Below are positions 25,711 to 38,944 of a DNA stretch of 64,000 nt, in pieces. This DNA comes from Octopus vulgaris (lineage: Eukaryota), in assembly GCA_951406725.2 (NCBI GenBank), contig OX597831.1:65286001-65350000 (forward strand), read 5' to 3'. A model generated the notes under the pieces. It did no database searches, was not told the origin of the DNA, and saw only the letters and a list, made by a program, of their open reading frames with translations. The translations under genes were made by a program, and so were the position numbers. How positions within the stretch are numbered: position 1 is the first letter of the stretch; every line of letters begins with the position of its first letter.

Positions 25711-26114
25711 GGATCTTTTCGGCTTGAACGGCAGTTTTGTCTAGCGGTGTCATATGAAATTGTCACCCATAATTATGACCCTAGTATCGATCTATTGCAT
25801 TTCAATCTGTTTTAGGGTTAGGGATGGGGGGAGGGTATCTTTTTTTCTTCAGAAATGTAAATAAACCCAATCTGTTTCTTAAACGAGGGACATATTCATA
25901 CGGCACAGAATGTTTTTTTTACCTCAATGGACGTCATTGATTGGTTGAAATTGAAGAAAAAAACAACAATATCTTACAAACCATAGAATTTTCTCAATAA
26001 AACAAAGAGAAAAAGATGTTTTATAAAGACATTCTACCAGTATACGAAATTTAAAAATTTTTAGTTACGTGGAAATTATTTTAAAAAAAACTGCCGTTCA
26101 AACCGAAAAGATCC
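25711..26114. mobile_element. GGATC MITE inside SINE B
   Basis: 8-bp TSD GTACTTTA. Confidence 0.9.
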
Positions 26115-26433
26115 GTACTTTATTTTATCGATCCCGAAAGGATGAAAGACTTGCCAAGCTTGGCAGAATTTGACAGTAAGAGCCAGAAAAAAATGTTGCT
26201 AAGCATTTTGCTTGGCGCTAACGGTTCCGCCGGGCCTAAATTTTTGCAAAAGACCAGCAATTTTAAAGGGAGGAGGGGTAGTCGATTACATTGACTCCAA
26301 TGCTTGACTGATGCTTTATTTTATTTACCTCCGAAAGGATGAAAGGCAAAGTTGACCCCAGCGGTATTTGAACTCTGAACGTAAAGAGCTGGAACTAACA
26401 CTGCAAAAGCAATTTCCGACGCTCAAATGATTT

Positions 26434-26824
26434 GGATCTTTTCGGTTTGGCCGGCAGTTTTTTAAAATAATTTCCACGTAACTAAACACTTTTAAACTTC
26501 GTATACTGGTAGAATGTGTTTATAAAACATCTTTTTCTCTTGGCTTTATTGAGAAAATTCTATAGTTTGTAAGATATATTTGTTGTTGTTTTTCTTCAAT
26601 TTCTGCAATTTCAACCAATCAATGACGTCTATTGAGGTGAAAACATTCTGTGCCGTATGAATATGTCCCTCGTTTAAGAAACAGATTGGGTTTATTTACA
26701 TTTGTAAAGAAAAAGAAGATACCCTTCCACCCCTAACCCTAACCCTAAAACAGACTGAAATGCAATAGGTGACAATTTCATATGGCACCGCTAGAAAAAA
26801 CTGCCGTTCAAACCGAAAAGATCC
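26434..26824. mobile_element. GGATC MITE (opposite orientation) inside SINE B
   Basis: TSD AATGATTT/AACGATTT. Confidence 0.9.
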
Positions 26825-26849
26825 AACGATTTTGCTAGCACGCCGACTT

Positions 26850-27480
26850 AATGTTTTCTTTATTAAGGGTTTACAAAAACATTAAGGACGGTACAGGACG
26901 ATAAAATGTGGGATTACATGAAAGGGCCGGTAAAAATGAAAAATAACGGTAACAGTCAATTTCAAACAATGAAAATTACCCACAAAGAGGGAAATTCCCG
27001 AGGGCTACTCGTGGAGACCCCCAGAAAATCACGGTTACACTAAGGTAAGTGCCTTCTCGATGTCCTTTAGAAGTCTATAGACGCATGCACACGTTCACAT
27101 GCTCGCAACTCTTATCCACCTATCAACGAACTTGCTAGGAGACTACACTTCCATCAATAACCTGACATTTTTTTCAAGTAAAACTTGAAAAAGTTTACGA
27201 GGGCTTTAATTATCCATCTTCGGCCCTTTCAATCTGGCCTAAATTACAACCGTTTTCGCTAAGACCATTATACAGATAAAGACTGCCTATCTTTCCTGGT
27301 CAAAGGTAAGGCAGAGGAACGATTTTTGCAATGGACTCAGCTCAAGCGTTGATCTCTGCTACACTCGACAGCAATTGTGTTCGACACAATCAGCAATGCT
27401 CGGACACTGGCCGTATATTGTTGCTGAGTGCTTCCTGGTCTCATCCTGTGTAGAAAATCTCTATTTCCTCTGTGTTGTAT
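26850..27480 (-). mobile_element. Probable 3' end of the same L1/Tx1 LINE
   Basis: Degenerate C-terminal region and 3' tail on the same strand as 30310-32110. Confidence 0.5.
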
Positions 27481-27482
27481 AT

Positions 27483-28848
27483 GAGACAGTGAATGTAGTG
27501 CTTCAAAAACAGCACAACGGTGATCTTCACGAAAGAGGGGTCGTGGTAACCTGGTAGAAACATCGCAGATAATAGTTCCTTCAGAAAAAGGCAGATACAG
27601 GTGTTCAAACTTGCAGCAGGAAAACTGTGGCGAAGAGACGTCCAGAGAGTCCAAGGAGGGTTGGTAAGTAGCCATAGCAACCAAATCAATCGAAGCAAGA
27701 GACGACAATGTACCGATAGGCAAGCGAGATAAGGCGTCGGCGGGAATGTTGTCAGTGCCAACGATGTGGCAAATGTCACTAGTGAACTGTGATATGTAGT
27801 CCAAATGCCTTGTTTCTCTGGGTGAGCATCGGGCCGTTTTAGCAAAGAGAGTGAATGTTAGCGGTTTGTGGTTGGTGAAAATCATGAAATAGCAGTCAAA
27901 ACACCCTAGCTGAAAGAAGACACGACGAGCAGCGAACTAGGAATTTTTTCTTTTTTAGTAGCAGGGGATACAAATAGAAGTCCTTGCTAACGGATAAAGA
28001 GCAAAACATGGCCTACACGTGGATAATCTGGGTTGTTGAGAGAAAGAAGCTCATACCTGGCACGTAGGAAAAAATTGTTGTCCATGTGAATTCTAGAGAA
28101 AATTCCGGATACTTTTTTTTTGTTGCTTTTTTACAGGCAAGAAGAATATTCCCCTTGGACGCTGTGTCTGCAAAGGACCAAGTTGTAAATTCGGTTACAA
28201 CCCGAGGAACATTGATTTGTAGTTTCCCTCTTGAAAATGGCCCCAAAATTTTCTGGTGAAGAAGATAGTATGGTGACAGGAGACATCAGTGGTATGTTCC
28301 TATATGCGATGAGTGGTGGTCTGGTTGCGTAGACGAAGTCAGGAAGGAGAAAAAGGAATATGTATTCACTGGCCAGACTTCGTCCGGGAATCACCATTTT
28401 AGTAGGAATTGTGATATGTGCAGCGTCGGGTCACCATTTTAGTTAGTTTAGTGGTCTGGAACGTCGGGGGTCATCATTTTAGACGGATAGGTTGTAGAGC
28501 CATCTAATGTGACTACTCAGAAGGCCGTAATCTCATTTGTCAGGAAACTGGGTATAAAAAATATATAAAACAAGGCCGTGACTGTAAATACCTTTAATGC
28601 GGCTACACGTATATACAAGCTGAGTGATAAATGAAAATGGCTTGATGCGTGGAGGCCATGGTCTACTGTGTGTTGCCTCCTATCTGCTACTGGCGTGTGG
28701 TTAGAGAGAGACCAGATTACGTCTTTACTGTCCAACGTCTTGGCGAGATAAGATATAGAGGTGAGTGTCTGAACCTTAATGTTGCGTAATGTCCTCTATT
28801 GTTCAACTAATTAGGCAGTCGCCGTCAGTAGAGGTAACTGCGCCTACA
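27483..28848 (-). mobile_element. Non-autonomous Gypsy relic copy 1 (LTR ~28478-28848, PBS array, RNaseH-integrase fragment)
   Basis: FTNHKPL...HLDYISQF...ADALSRL...FEALHSLSH. LTR begins TGTAGGCG. TGGTGACCC-type PBS motifs. Confidence 0.82.
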
Positions 28849-29254
28849 TTTTCTTGATTCTTTTAAAGAAATTACCACATCCTACAAAATGAAGCAGAAA
28901 TTCCGCCTCAAAAGGCGAAAATGCAATGGAGCAACGCTGTTCCCTAGCCCCTGTGTCGAAGTGACACTTAGAACAAAAGCTTTTAATACAAATCTTTGAA
29001 AGCCGGTTAAAATGAAACAACACTTACGAGCGACTCGAAGCGAACATGTTGGTGACACCACAGGCACGGTTCCAGAAGTTTTGTCGAAGGGAGGGCAGAA
29101 GGTTGGAAGGGAATACAATTCCAGGAGAAAAGAGCGTAATAACATGATTTAGAAGGGCATACTTCTTTTCTTGGCAGAGGCACGTGCCCCTCAGCCGCTC
29201 CCCTTGGGTCCACCCCTGCACCACAACCAATAATACTAATACCAATAAAAATGG

Positions 29255-29480
29255 TTTCAAATTTTAGCACAATGCCAGCAATTTAGGATGTATGGGTGGG
29301 CGGGTGGGATGAGTCAATTACGTTGACCACAGTACTCAACTAGTACTTATTTTATCGATTTCGAGAGGGATGAAAAGCAAAGTCGACATCGGCAGAATTT
29401 GAACTCAGAACGAAAAGATGGACGAAATGCCGCTAAGCATTTGCTCCCGGCATGCAAACGCCTTCTGCCAGCTCGCCGCC
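29255..29480 (-). mobile_element. SINE family B variant
   Basis: Reverse complement of the family B consensus. Confidence 0.75.
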
Positions 29481-29503
29481 ATTACTAATACTAATGTTAA
29501 TGG

Positions 29504-30140
<637 letters not shown>

Positions 30141-30157
30141 AATAAAAGAATAAAAGC

Positions 30158-30313
30158 ATGTATGTATGTATGTATGTATGTATGTATGTATGTATGTATG
30201 TATGTATGTGTGTATGTATGTAGGTATGTATGTATGTATGTATGTATGTATGTATGTATGTAGGTATGTATGTATGTATGTATGTATGTATGTATGTATG
30301 TATGTATGTATGT
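30158..30313. repeat. (TATG)n microsatellite; others lie at 3550-3767, 4556-4668, 29841-29964, 34979-35039 and 37482-37560
   Basis: Directly visible simple repeats. Confidence 0.95.
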
Positions 30314-32110
30314 TCGTATTGCGGGATGCCTCTCAACGCATCCAGTATCTGCAGTGGTAACTCCAAAACCAGTACATACAGAAATGACGAGAGGGGGCAG
30401 CGGACCGAACGTACGAGGCTGAATGGTTCCAGTTGGTAACCATTCGCTCGAACTACTTGGCAGATGTTGCTGTGCATTGCAGTGATCCAACCACAGGAAA
30501 CTGGACCGAAACCGGCTGGCGTAAGACCGGCTGCCAAGTATTAGTGATCGATCCTATCAAAGGCTTTAGACTTACCCATGCAAGCTTCTTTACCCACCCT
30601 GTCTATGATGCATCGCATGCAGCGGAGGTTTTTGTGGATGGCTCTTCTTGGGATTGCACCTGTTTGCGCATCACCAATCAGTTGCCCGACAACATGCACC
30701 AACCGCTGAATGCTGATTTCAAAATTTTGGCCACAGTGTTCGCAAAGCGGTTGGCGCATGTCGTTTTTTTTTTGTTTTTTGTTTTTTTACTACCTACAAG
30801 GGGCTAAACACAGAGAGGACAAACAAGGACAGACAAAGGGATTAAGTCGATTACCTCGACCCCAGTGCGTAACTGGCACTTATTTAATCGACCCCGAAAG
30901 GATAAAAGGCAAAGTCGACCTCACCGTTCAAATTCCACCGAGGTCGACTTTGCCTTTCATCCTTTCGGGGTCGATTAAATAAGTGCCAGTTACGCACTAG
31001 GGTCGAGGTAATCGACTTAATCCCTTTGTCTGTCATCTTTGTGTTTAGCCCCTTGTGGGTAGTAAAAAAAACAAAACAAAAAACGACATGCGCCAACCGC
31101 TTGCGAACAGTGGCCAAAATTTTGAAATCAGCATTCAGCAACGTTATGGGCTTAAAATTTTCTATTTCAGCTCTTTTGCTTGGGTCTTTTCTCAGCAGTG
31201 CCACTGCTCCTCGACTCACAGAATTAGGAATTTTTCTGTTCTGCTGCCAGTTGCGGTAGATGTCTGCTAAAAGGGCATCAAACAAGTCTGGCATATAAAA
31301 GTAAAGCTCACAGGGACAGACTATTCACATTAGGCGATTACACCCCTACCTCCTGCAACCCATCGCATCCCATATTTTTGTGGCTGTTATCGGCATTTCG
31401 CAACGCTCTGCCCCCCCCCCCCCCGCCACTCCCGGCCAGGAGTTGTGACATGCCGTTGAGGTAGGCACTGAAGTTCATTCTGCGTTTTTGATTGCCATTC
31501 ATCCCAGACAGTTGGGCAAAGTGCCACTGAAATTCCGCACACATCTGATCAGGCTCGAGTACCGTGCACCCATTTTGGTCCACCAAAGATCGAACTGTGA
31601 CTTTGTTGCCAGGTCGCAACTCTGCCATTCGGGCCCATCGAGGAGTTTTTGCTCCTTCTTGTTTTAGAGCATGTGCCTTAGCTCTGACAATGCCACCATC
31701 GTATTTAACGTTGAAGGATTAGTCCAGGGTCAACCTCGCTACCAGCACATGGGTTGTAATGCCTTTCTTAAGCACCTCTTCTATGTTTCTAAGTTCCCTT
31801 CTATTTTATTTCTTTCTCCCACTAATGCCTTACTGCTATAATTGCCCTTTTCAGGGAAAACCACCATTTCTTGTTGCCGATTTCCCTCGTCAATGCCCGC
31901 TTAACTAATTTTCTTATCCAGTCTCCGTAAGCTTGGCACGCCGGGGGTGACTCGTTCAGCTTCCAGTAAGCGGATCCCTGCCTTCTAAGCCTTTCTAAGT
32001 CAACTGTACAGATCACGAATTTGTGGTCTGTGTAGCCGATGATTTTAAAAAGTGGGCAACTTATACTATTTTTATCTACTGCCCTACAGAATACAACCTG
32101 GTTGACCCGA
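30310..32110 (-). mobile_element. L1/Tx1-clade LINE ORF2 relic
   Basis: TDHKFV, YWKLNES, FKPITLLNADFKILA, AQTGAIPRR, SKAFDRIDH. Confidence 0.85.
30705..31139. repeat. Inverted duplication of an L1/SINE B junction
   Basis: Arms at ~30705-30922 and ~30940-31139. Confidence 0.85.
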
Positions 32111-32129
32111 CATAAGTACATATATAATA

Positions 32130-33370
32130 ATAATAATAACAATAGACAGGCTGTCAGGCATACATAATGTGTATGTGTGTACAAACAAGGGTGTATGCGT
32201 GTGTGAAAATACAGAGCATAGAATGAGTCTATAACAGGACGCTAGAAGTTCAGACACAATGAAGATAAATACCAGTTCGTATTAAGGTACACAATAGTTG
32301 AAGTTCTGTAACAAGGAGTTGTGGCTAAAATTCAGAGTCGGTTGAATCACGTGTCGTGTAAGCGGTTGTGGCTACTATGCTGTGCGGTTACTTGATACAG
32401 GAAGATCTCGCAAGTTGAGCTTGCTGTTAACCACGGTGAAGTAATTCACAGAGAGGAGGTAAACCTGAGAATGTGTTGCTGTGTACGTAAAGATGTTGTT
32501 GGCGACGTTAGGATGAAGGCGACGGAGATGGAGGTCCTGAATGCTGCTGGTGTTGTCTGGCTGAGTGCTCTGTGGTCAGTGGTTAGACCTTAGAAGGTCT
32601 AGAACCAAAGACGAAATACGGTTTGTTGATCTAGCTTTTCATAGGAAACTAGGAGGCTCCAAACGGAGATTTAGAAGACTGTGTCACGGGACCTTATCAG
32701 AAGGTTGCGATTGGTTGGGTTGCACATTGGTGCGTAATACAGCAAGAGACAAACTGCGCCAAAACCAACCAATCAGAGTAGTGGACACAAAAGGGTCCAA
32801 GCGGCCGAAGGTTAGCTGTTATCTGCTACGTCCGTATTCATGTTATACATGTCAGAGGGAGAGAGAGAGATAGATAGATAGAGAGAGAGAGAGAATTTCA
32901 CTAAGCGTCCACTACAGAGCCCTCCACCAGTCATTTTGAAGAAGACAAAATAGACGATAATAAAGGTAGACATATCTGTAGCGAAGAGGTGAAATTAGAG
33001 TGGTTGGTCATTAAACTGGCACTGGGTCACCAATTTGTAGACGTCCGTGTGAATGTAAGGCTGGCTGCGTGTTTCGAAATCACGTCGGAGTCACTATTTT
33101 GTAGAGCGACCGTGCGAAAGGAGAGTTGACGAATGAGTGACTCCTTTAATACACCGCACGGTCGCTTACAACACCAGCAGCAGCTCACCACTTCGTCCAG
33201 CAGTATTCAGGACCTCCATCTCCGTCGCCTTCATCTTAACGACGCCAACAACATCTCTACGTACACAGCAAACGTTTGCTTAGGTTTAACTACGCACTGT
33301 TTGTGAGTTAATAGCGTGGTTAACAGCAAGCTCAATGAAGTAAGAGACGGGTTCTAGTTCGACCCTACAA
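32130..33370. mobile_element. Fragments of the same LTR family in both orientations, with PBS motifs
   Basis: 32180-32830 aligns by eye with 35480-36230. 33175-33340 is inverted relative to 32410-32555. Confidence 0.7.
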
Positions 33371-33375
33371 GCCAC

Positions 33376-34960
33376 TGTAGGCGCAGTTATCCCCCTTGGC
33401 AGCGGGTTTAAATCAAGCTCGCTAGATGGCGATAGAGTGTGAGATTCTGGCACGAGCTCTTCGGACTTTCTCTTTCTTCATCGGGACACGGGACTGTGAA
33501 GGAGTAAACTAAATGGCTCTCTCTCACACCACACGCCAGTAGTAGATAGGAGCTAACGCACAGGAGAAGACCATGGCTTCCACGCATCAAACCATTTTCA
33601 TCTTATGATTCAGCTTGTGTATATACGTGTGGCCACATTAAAGGTATATAAAGTCATTCTTTATACCCGGTTTCCTGTCAAATTATATTACAGCCTTCTG
33701 AGTAGACTCACATTAGATGGAATACAACCTATCCACCTAAGATGGTAACCGCGACGTGTAAAATGTTGACTCGACGTCCCAAACCACTAAACCGACTAAA
33801 ATGGTGACACGACGCAGTACGCACTACAATTCCTTCTAAAATGGAGAATCCCGGACGAAGTCTGGCCAGTGAATACATATTCCTTTTTCTCCTTCGTGAC
33901 TTCGTCTACGCAACCACAAAGTCACTCATCGCATATAGGAACTGATGACTCTCGTCGCCATATTGTTTTCTTCATCAGAAAACTTTGGCGCCATTTTCAA
34001 GTGGGAAACTACAAATCATTTTTCTTGTATTGTAACCGAATTTGGTCCTTTGCAGACATAGCGTCCAAGAGGAATATTCTTCTTGCCTGTAAAAAAGCAA
34101 CAAAAAAAAAAAGTATCTGGAATTTTCTCTAGAATTCACATGAACAACAAATTTTTCCTACGTGCCAAGTACGAATTTCTTTCTCTCAACAACCCGGATT
34201 ATCCACGTGTTGGCCATGTTTTGCTCTTTATCCGTTAGCAAGGACTTCTATTTTCATCCTCTGCTACTAAAAAAGAAAAAATTCCTAGTTTGCTGCTCAT
34301 GGTGTCTTCTTTCAACTAGGGTGTTTTGACTGCTATTTCATGATTTTCACCAACCTCAAACATTCACTCTTTTTGCCAAAACGGTCCGATACTCGCCCAG
34401 AGAAACAAGGCATTTGTTCTACATATCACAGTTCACTAGTGACATTCACCACATCGTTGGCACTGCCCCCCCCCCCCGACGCCTTATCTCGCTTGCCTAT
34501 CGGTGCATTGTCGTCTCTTGCTTCGATTGATTTGGTTGCTATGGCTACTGACCAACCCTCCTTGGACTCTCTGGACGCCTCTTCACGACAGTTTTCCTGC
34601 TGCAAGTTTGAACACCTGCCTCTGCCTTTTTCTGAAGGAACTATTATCTGCGATGTTTCTACCAGGTCACCACGACCCCTCTTTCGTGAAGATCACCGTT
34701 CTGCTGTTTTTGAAGCACTGCATTCACTGTCACACCCCGGCATTGCGGCCACAGTAAAGCTTATCTCGGCCTGCTTTTAATGGCTGAATATGCGTCGGTC
34801 TACTACTGCTTGGTCACGTGCCTGTCTACCATGTCAGCCTTCCAAGGTGCCCCGTCACGTGAATGACTCCTTTAGACACATTGGTCACTTCGAACTTAAT
34901 TAAACTCTGCTTTAAAGACTGGAGCTTTTCCTTGCTTGCGCATTGATTTGCATTTCTCGT
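33376..34960 (+). mobile_element. Non-autonomous Gypsy relic copy 2 (LTR ~33376-33740)
   Basis: Inverted homologue of 27483-28848. Integrase zinc-binding region HSLSHPGI...ACLPCQ. Confidence 0.85.
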
Positions 34961-34976
34961 GTCTGTTTTTCTTTCA

Positions 34977-35039
<63 letters not shown>

Positions 35040-35042
<3 letters not shown>

Positions 35043-36425
35043 CCCCAGGACTTTTTATTTGTAAGCCTAGTACTTATTCTATCGGTCTCTTTTGCAGAAG
35101 CGCTAAGTTACATGGACGTAAACACGCTAGCATCAGATGTCAAGCGATGTTGTGGGGGGGGGGGGATAAACACAGACATACAAACACACACACACACACA
35201 TATATATATGTAGGGAAAACGACCGTACGTAAGGAGTTGGTGACAGAAATGTCTCATTTTTAACGCCGCACGGTCGCCCTAACAAAAGAAGAAGCCAAAA
35301 TACATGATATAAATGAATAAGTGCCAAAAGGAATAATGAGGACGACAACCGTTCTACTGTTTGAGAGAGAAGACTTTATTTACAGAAGTGTACAATAGGA
35401 TAAAGTATGGGTGCTAGCAAAGTGGAGTGTCTGTGTGCATGCGACAAGTGTTTGTATCTGTGTGTTCGTGTGTGCGATAAAAGTACAAACAAGGTGTATG
35501 CGGGCAAAACAATATACAGAGCATAGGAAAGAGTCTCTCTGGGTATTTTAGACAAGATGGAGTTAATTTACCAGTTCGTAGTAAGGTCACACAATAGTAA
35601 TAGTTCTGTAACAGGTTGTTCGGGTCACAAGGCAGAATGCCGGTTGAACACATGTCGTGTAGCGGTTGGGGCTTCAATGTGCCAGGTCTCTTGATACAGG
35701 AATTCTTGCAGGTAGTGCTGTGCTGTTAACCTTGGTGTGTATTCACAACAGCGTGGAGTTTGAACCTGAGCGAGTTGCTGTGTACGTATTGGTGTTGCTG
35801 GAGATGAAGGCGACGGAGATGGAGACGACGTGAAGTTGAAGGACGACGATGGTGATGGCGATGGCAGAGAAAGGTGTCGTTGAGTTGCTGTATGTTGTCT
35901 CGTCGCGGCTGGAGCAGGAACTGGCTGAGTCGCTGGAACTAGCTGGTCTGGTCGTCGCTGGAACATGGTTGAGTTGCTCTGTGGTCAGAGGTTAATCCTG
36001 AGAAGGACTAAAACCCAAGACGAGAAATAGTGATTTGCTGGGGCCTTTTATAACCTGCTAAAGGCTCCAGTGAAACCCCCCAAAAGACTGTGTCATGGGA
36101 CCTTATCCGAAGGCCGTGATTGGTTGGCTTTAACACTGGCGCGAAATAGGTCAAGAGATAAACTGCGCCAATGTCAACCAATCAGAGCAGTGGACACAAC
36201 AGGATCAAAATAGCCGAAGATGGTTGCTATCTAACACAAGATCATTTTTAATATATCTCTCAAACAGTGAGGATATTTGCTACACTACATATACCTATAT
36301 ACGACGGCCTTTCAGTTTCCGTCTACCAAATCCACTCACAAGGCTTCAGTCGACCCGAGGCTATAGTAGAAGACACTTTCCCAAGGTGCCACGCAGTGGA
36401 ACTGAACCACACAGACTTTCTTGCG

Positions 36426-36430
<5 letters not shown>
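35040..36430 (-). mobile_element. SINE family A split by a solo LTR
   Basis: 3' half at 35040-35208 and 5' half at 36290-36430. Confidence 0.75.
35209..36289 (-). mobile_element. Solo LTR (~1.08 kb)
   Basis: TGTAG...CTACA termini with a TATA TSD. Minus-strand TATA-like and AATAAA signals. Homologous to 32130-32850 and, inverted, to 33100-33340. Confidence 0.72.
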
Positions 36431-36469
<39 letters not shown>

Positions 36470-36478
<9 letters not shown>

Positions 36479-36833
36479 GGCAAAATGTCTCTGTGTGTGT
36501 GTGTCTATCCTATATACAAATCCACAATTTTTCAGTTAGAGGGCTCGCACTTTCTATGGTCATTCAAAACCGTCCAAGGGTGGTCGTGCACATCTTTACA
36601 TTTCCCCAGTCACCCAACAAAGCCATTAAAAAATCAATAGAAGTGACTTTTTTGTGAATTTTCTATCCAAAACCCAATCAAAATGCCCGAAACTTGATAC
36701 GCCAATTGAATGCCAGCTAGATGTATGTGATTGGTCGGAAATTTGGACAGTACTCGCGTGTATGTGCGCACGCACGCAGCTGTATATGCATGCACTAGCA
36801 CTATGACCCGGTGTTGCCGGGTCATAGTGCTAG
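36470..36833 (+). mobile_element. Non-autonomous Helitron-like element
   Basis: 3' hairpin ending CTAG-T. A homologous 5' fragment starting TC lies on the minus strand at ~11148-11230. Confidence 0.65.
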
Positions 36834-37480
36834 TATATGTATAAAGTGCATTAAGTAATCATTGTGTTTCAGTTTCCTTCATTTTTCAATGAATAGCAGT
36901 TGAGCGACTATCTTTTGATACAGACACAACACAGGCTATGCTTTCAGGCTTTTTTTGGATAAAGTTTTCAGGAATAACCTAATAAGTTTACTATTAATTC
37001 CGTGAAATATTCACAGGTCCCGCTAGTATAGATAACCGGGCAAATATCATTCTTGAATTATTTCACCGATGCATTGTGACATTAAATTCCATTGTTACAT
37101 ATGTGTCCTGTCTCTCTCTGGACTCAAATTCCACCGAGACCAACTTTGCCCTTCATTCTTTCGAGGTCAATAAATAACGTGCTAGTCAAGTACTGGGATC
37201 GATTCTTTTCTTTCTCCAGTATTCTCTACATTTGAGGAAATGGTGTCTTATTAAAAGGCAACCCAAAACAAACGATGAAAGTATCAGGATACGACCTTTG
37301 TATTCCTCTACAAAAATTTCATGATGAGTAACAAGGAAGTCGCCAGAGACCGTCTGTCGATCTGATGGTTCAAGCAAGAAAGGATGTGTGCAACAACGCC
37401 ACTCAAAAACGGTGGGCGTTGAAGTAATGTTGTAAATGTATGTAATCTAGTTGGAGAGTGGTTGGTAACTTTCGCGCAGT

Positions 37481-37512
<32 letters not shown>

Positions 37513-37595
37513 CATACATACATACATACATACATACATACATACATACATACACACACATAATTATTACGCAAGTTATTTTTCAGTTATTTATT

Positions 37596-38014
37596 GAATC
37601 TTTTCGGTTTGACCGGCAGTTTTTAAAAATAATTTCCACGTAACTAAACACTTTTAAACTTCGTATACTGGTAGAATGTTTATAAAATGTCTTTTTCTCT
37701 TGGTTTTATTGAGAAAATTCTATAGTTTGTAAGATATTTGTTGGTTTTTTTCTTCAATTTCTGCAATTTCAACCAATCAATGACGTCCATTGAGGTAAAA
37801 ACATTCTGTGCCGTATGAATATGTCCCTCGTTTAAGAAACAGATTGGGTTTATTTACATTTCTGAAGAAAAAAAGATACCCTTCCCCCTACCCCTGACTA
37901 ATCCTAACCCTAAAACAGATTGAAATGCAATAGATCGATACTAGGGTCATAATTATGGGTGACAATTTCATATGACACCGCTAGAAAAAAATGCCGTTCA
38001 AACCGAAAAGATCC
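37596..38014. mobile_element. GGATC MITE (reverse orientation)
   Basis: Same TIRs. No clear TSD. Confidence 0.88.
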
Positions 38015-38944
38015 CAAATTTGTGCTGGGGTTGCAGCGTTATTTATTATATTGTTTCATACAACATGACATTGATGAAAGGTGGGTGGTAAGGGGTATGT
38101 GAGTTTTATTTTATACAAATCGTTAACACTTGGAGTGTTTCAGGAAAGGGAATTTTTAGGATGAAAGAGTGAGCAAAACGTCTGAAGGTTGGATGGACTA
38201 AGAAGTAGATGACGGAAAGAAGTCAACAGAATTTGATAGTATATTTCATTTGCTTTTATATCGTGAGTTCAAGTCTACTGTATTTTTCAACAGATCATTT
38301 ATTCTTAATTTCCTCAGTTCATTTGGTTGATGGGGATATTATCTACGATAGACTGGTGTTTTATCCAGGAGGAGATTTATCTCTTATCTGTTTAAGCACC
38401 GGTCTTTAAAAGCCCCTGAATAATTAAAGGATATTTGCCTTTTTATATTACAATCTCGTATATATTAGATCACACCCTAGGAAAAGTTATTCGCCCGGTA
38501 TTTAAATCTACAATTTCAACTGTCTCTAACTTTTAGTTCATCAATGAATATAAAGTCCACAAGACTAGTCTGTTCTTTGTCACACATTCAAGTTTTTCAG
38601 GATACCAAAATTGCGCATTACACATTAAACTTCACGCATTTTATCCCCGAGAACAACTATCTAGAACAAAAACATGGTAACTTCTGCATATAAAGGAAAC
38701 GGACTTGTTGCACACTCACTCTAGTTAGGAACATGCATGTAAATCCTTAGTCAACAGAACCATTAGCACCCATAATCCCTGATGATCTCTCATGGTCAAT
38801 CCATATATTTAACATTGACAAAAACTGTTTCACGAGGGTTAGAGTCCCTTATACACAAGTAATATTCCAATTCTGATCAGAGCTGATCGGTTGCTAGCCT
38901 TTTAATATTGCTCAAATTACAAAACACTTTGAAGTAATGTAATA

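Noticed and set aside
35625-35966. Ser/Pro/Thr-rich 113-aa ORF
   Set aside because: It lies inside an LTR, is low-complexity, and is not preserved in the homologous copy at 32.2-32.6 kb.
38270-38940. Possible ancient minus-strand LINE around the mariner
   Set aside because: No convincing motif could be translated by eye.
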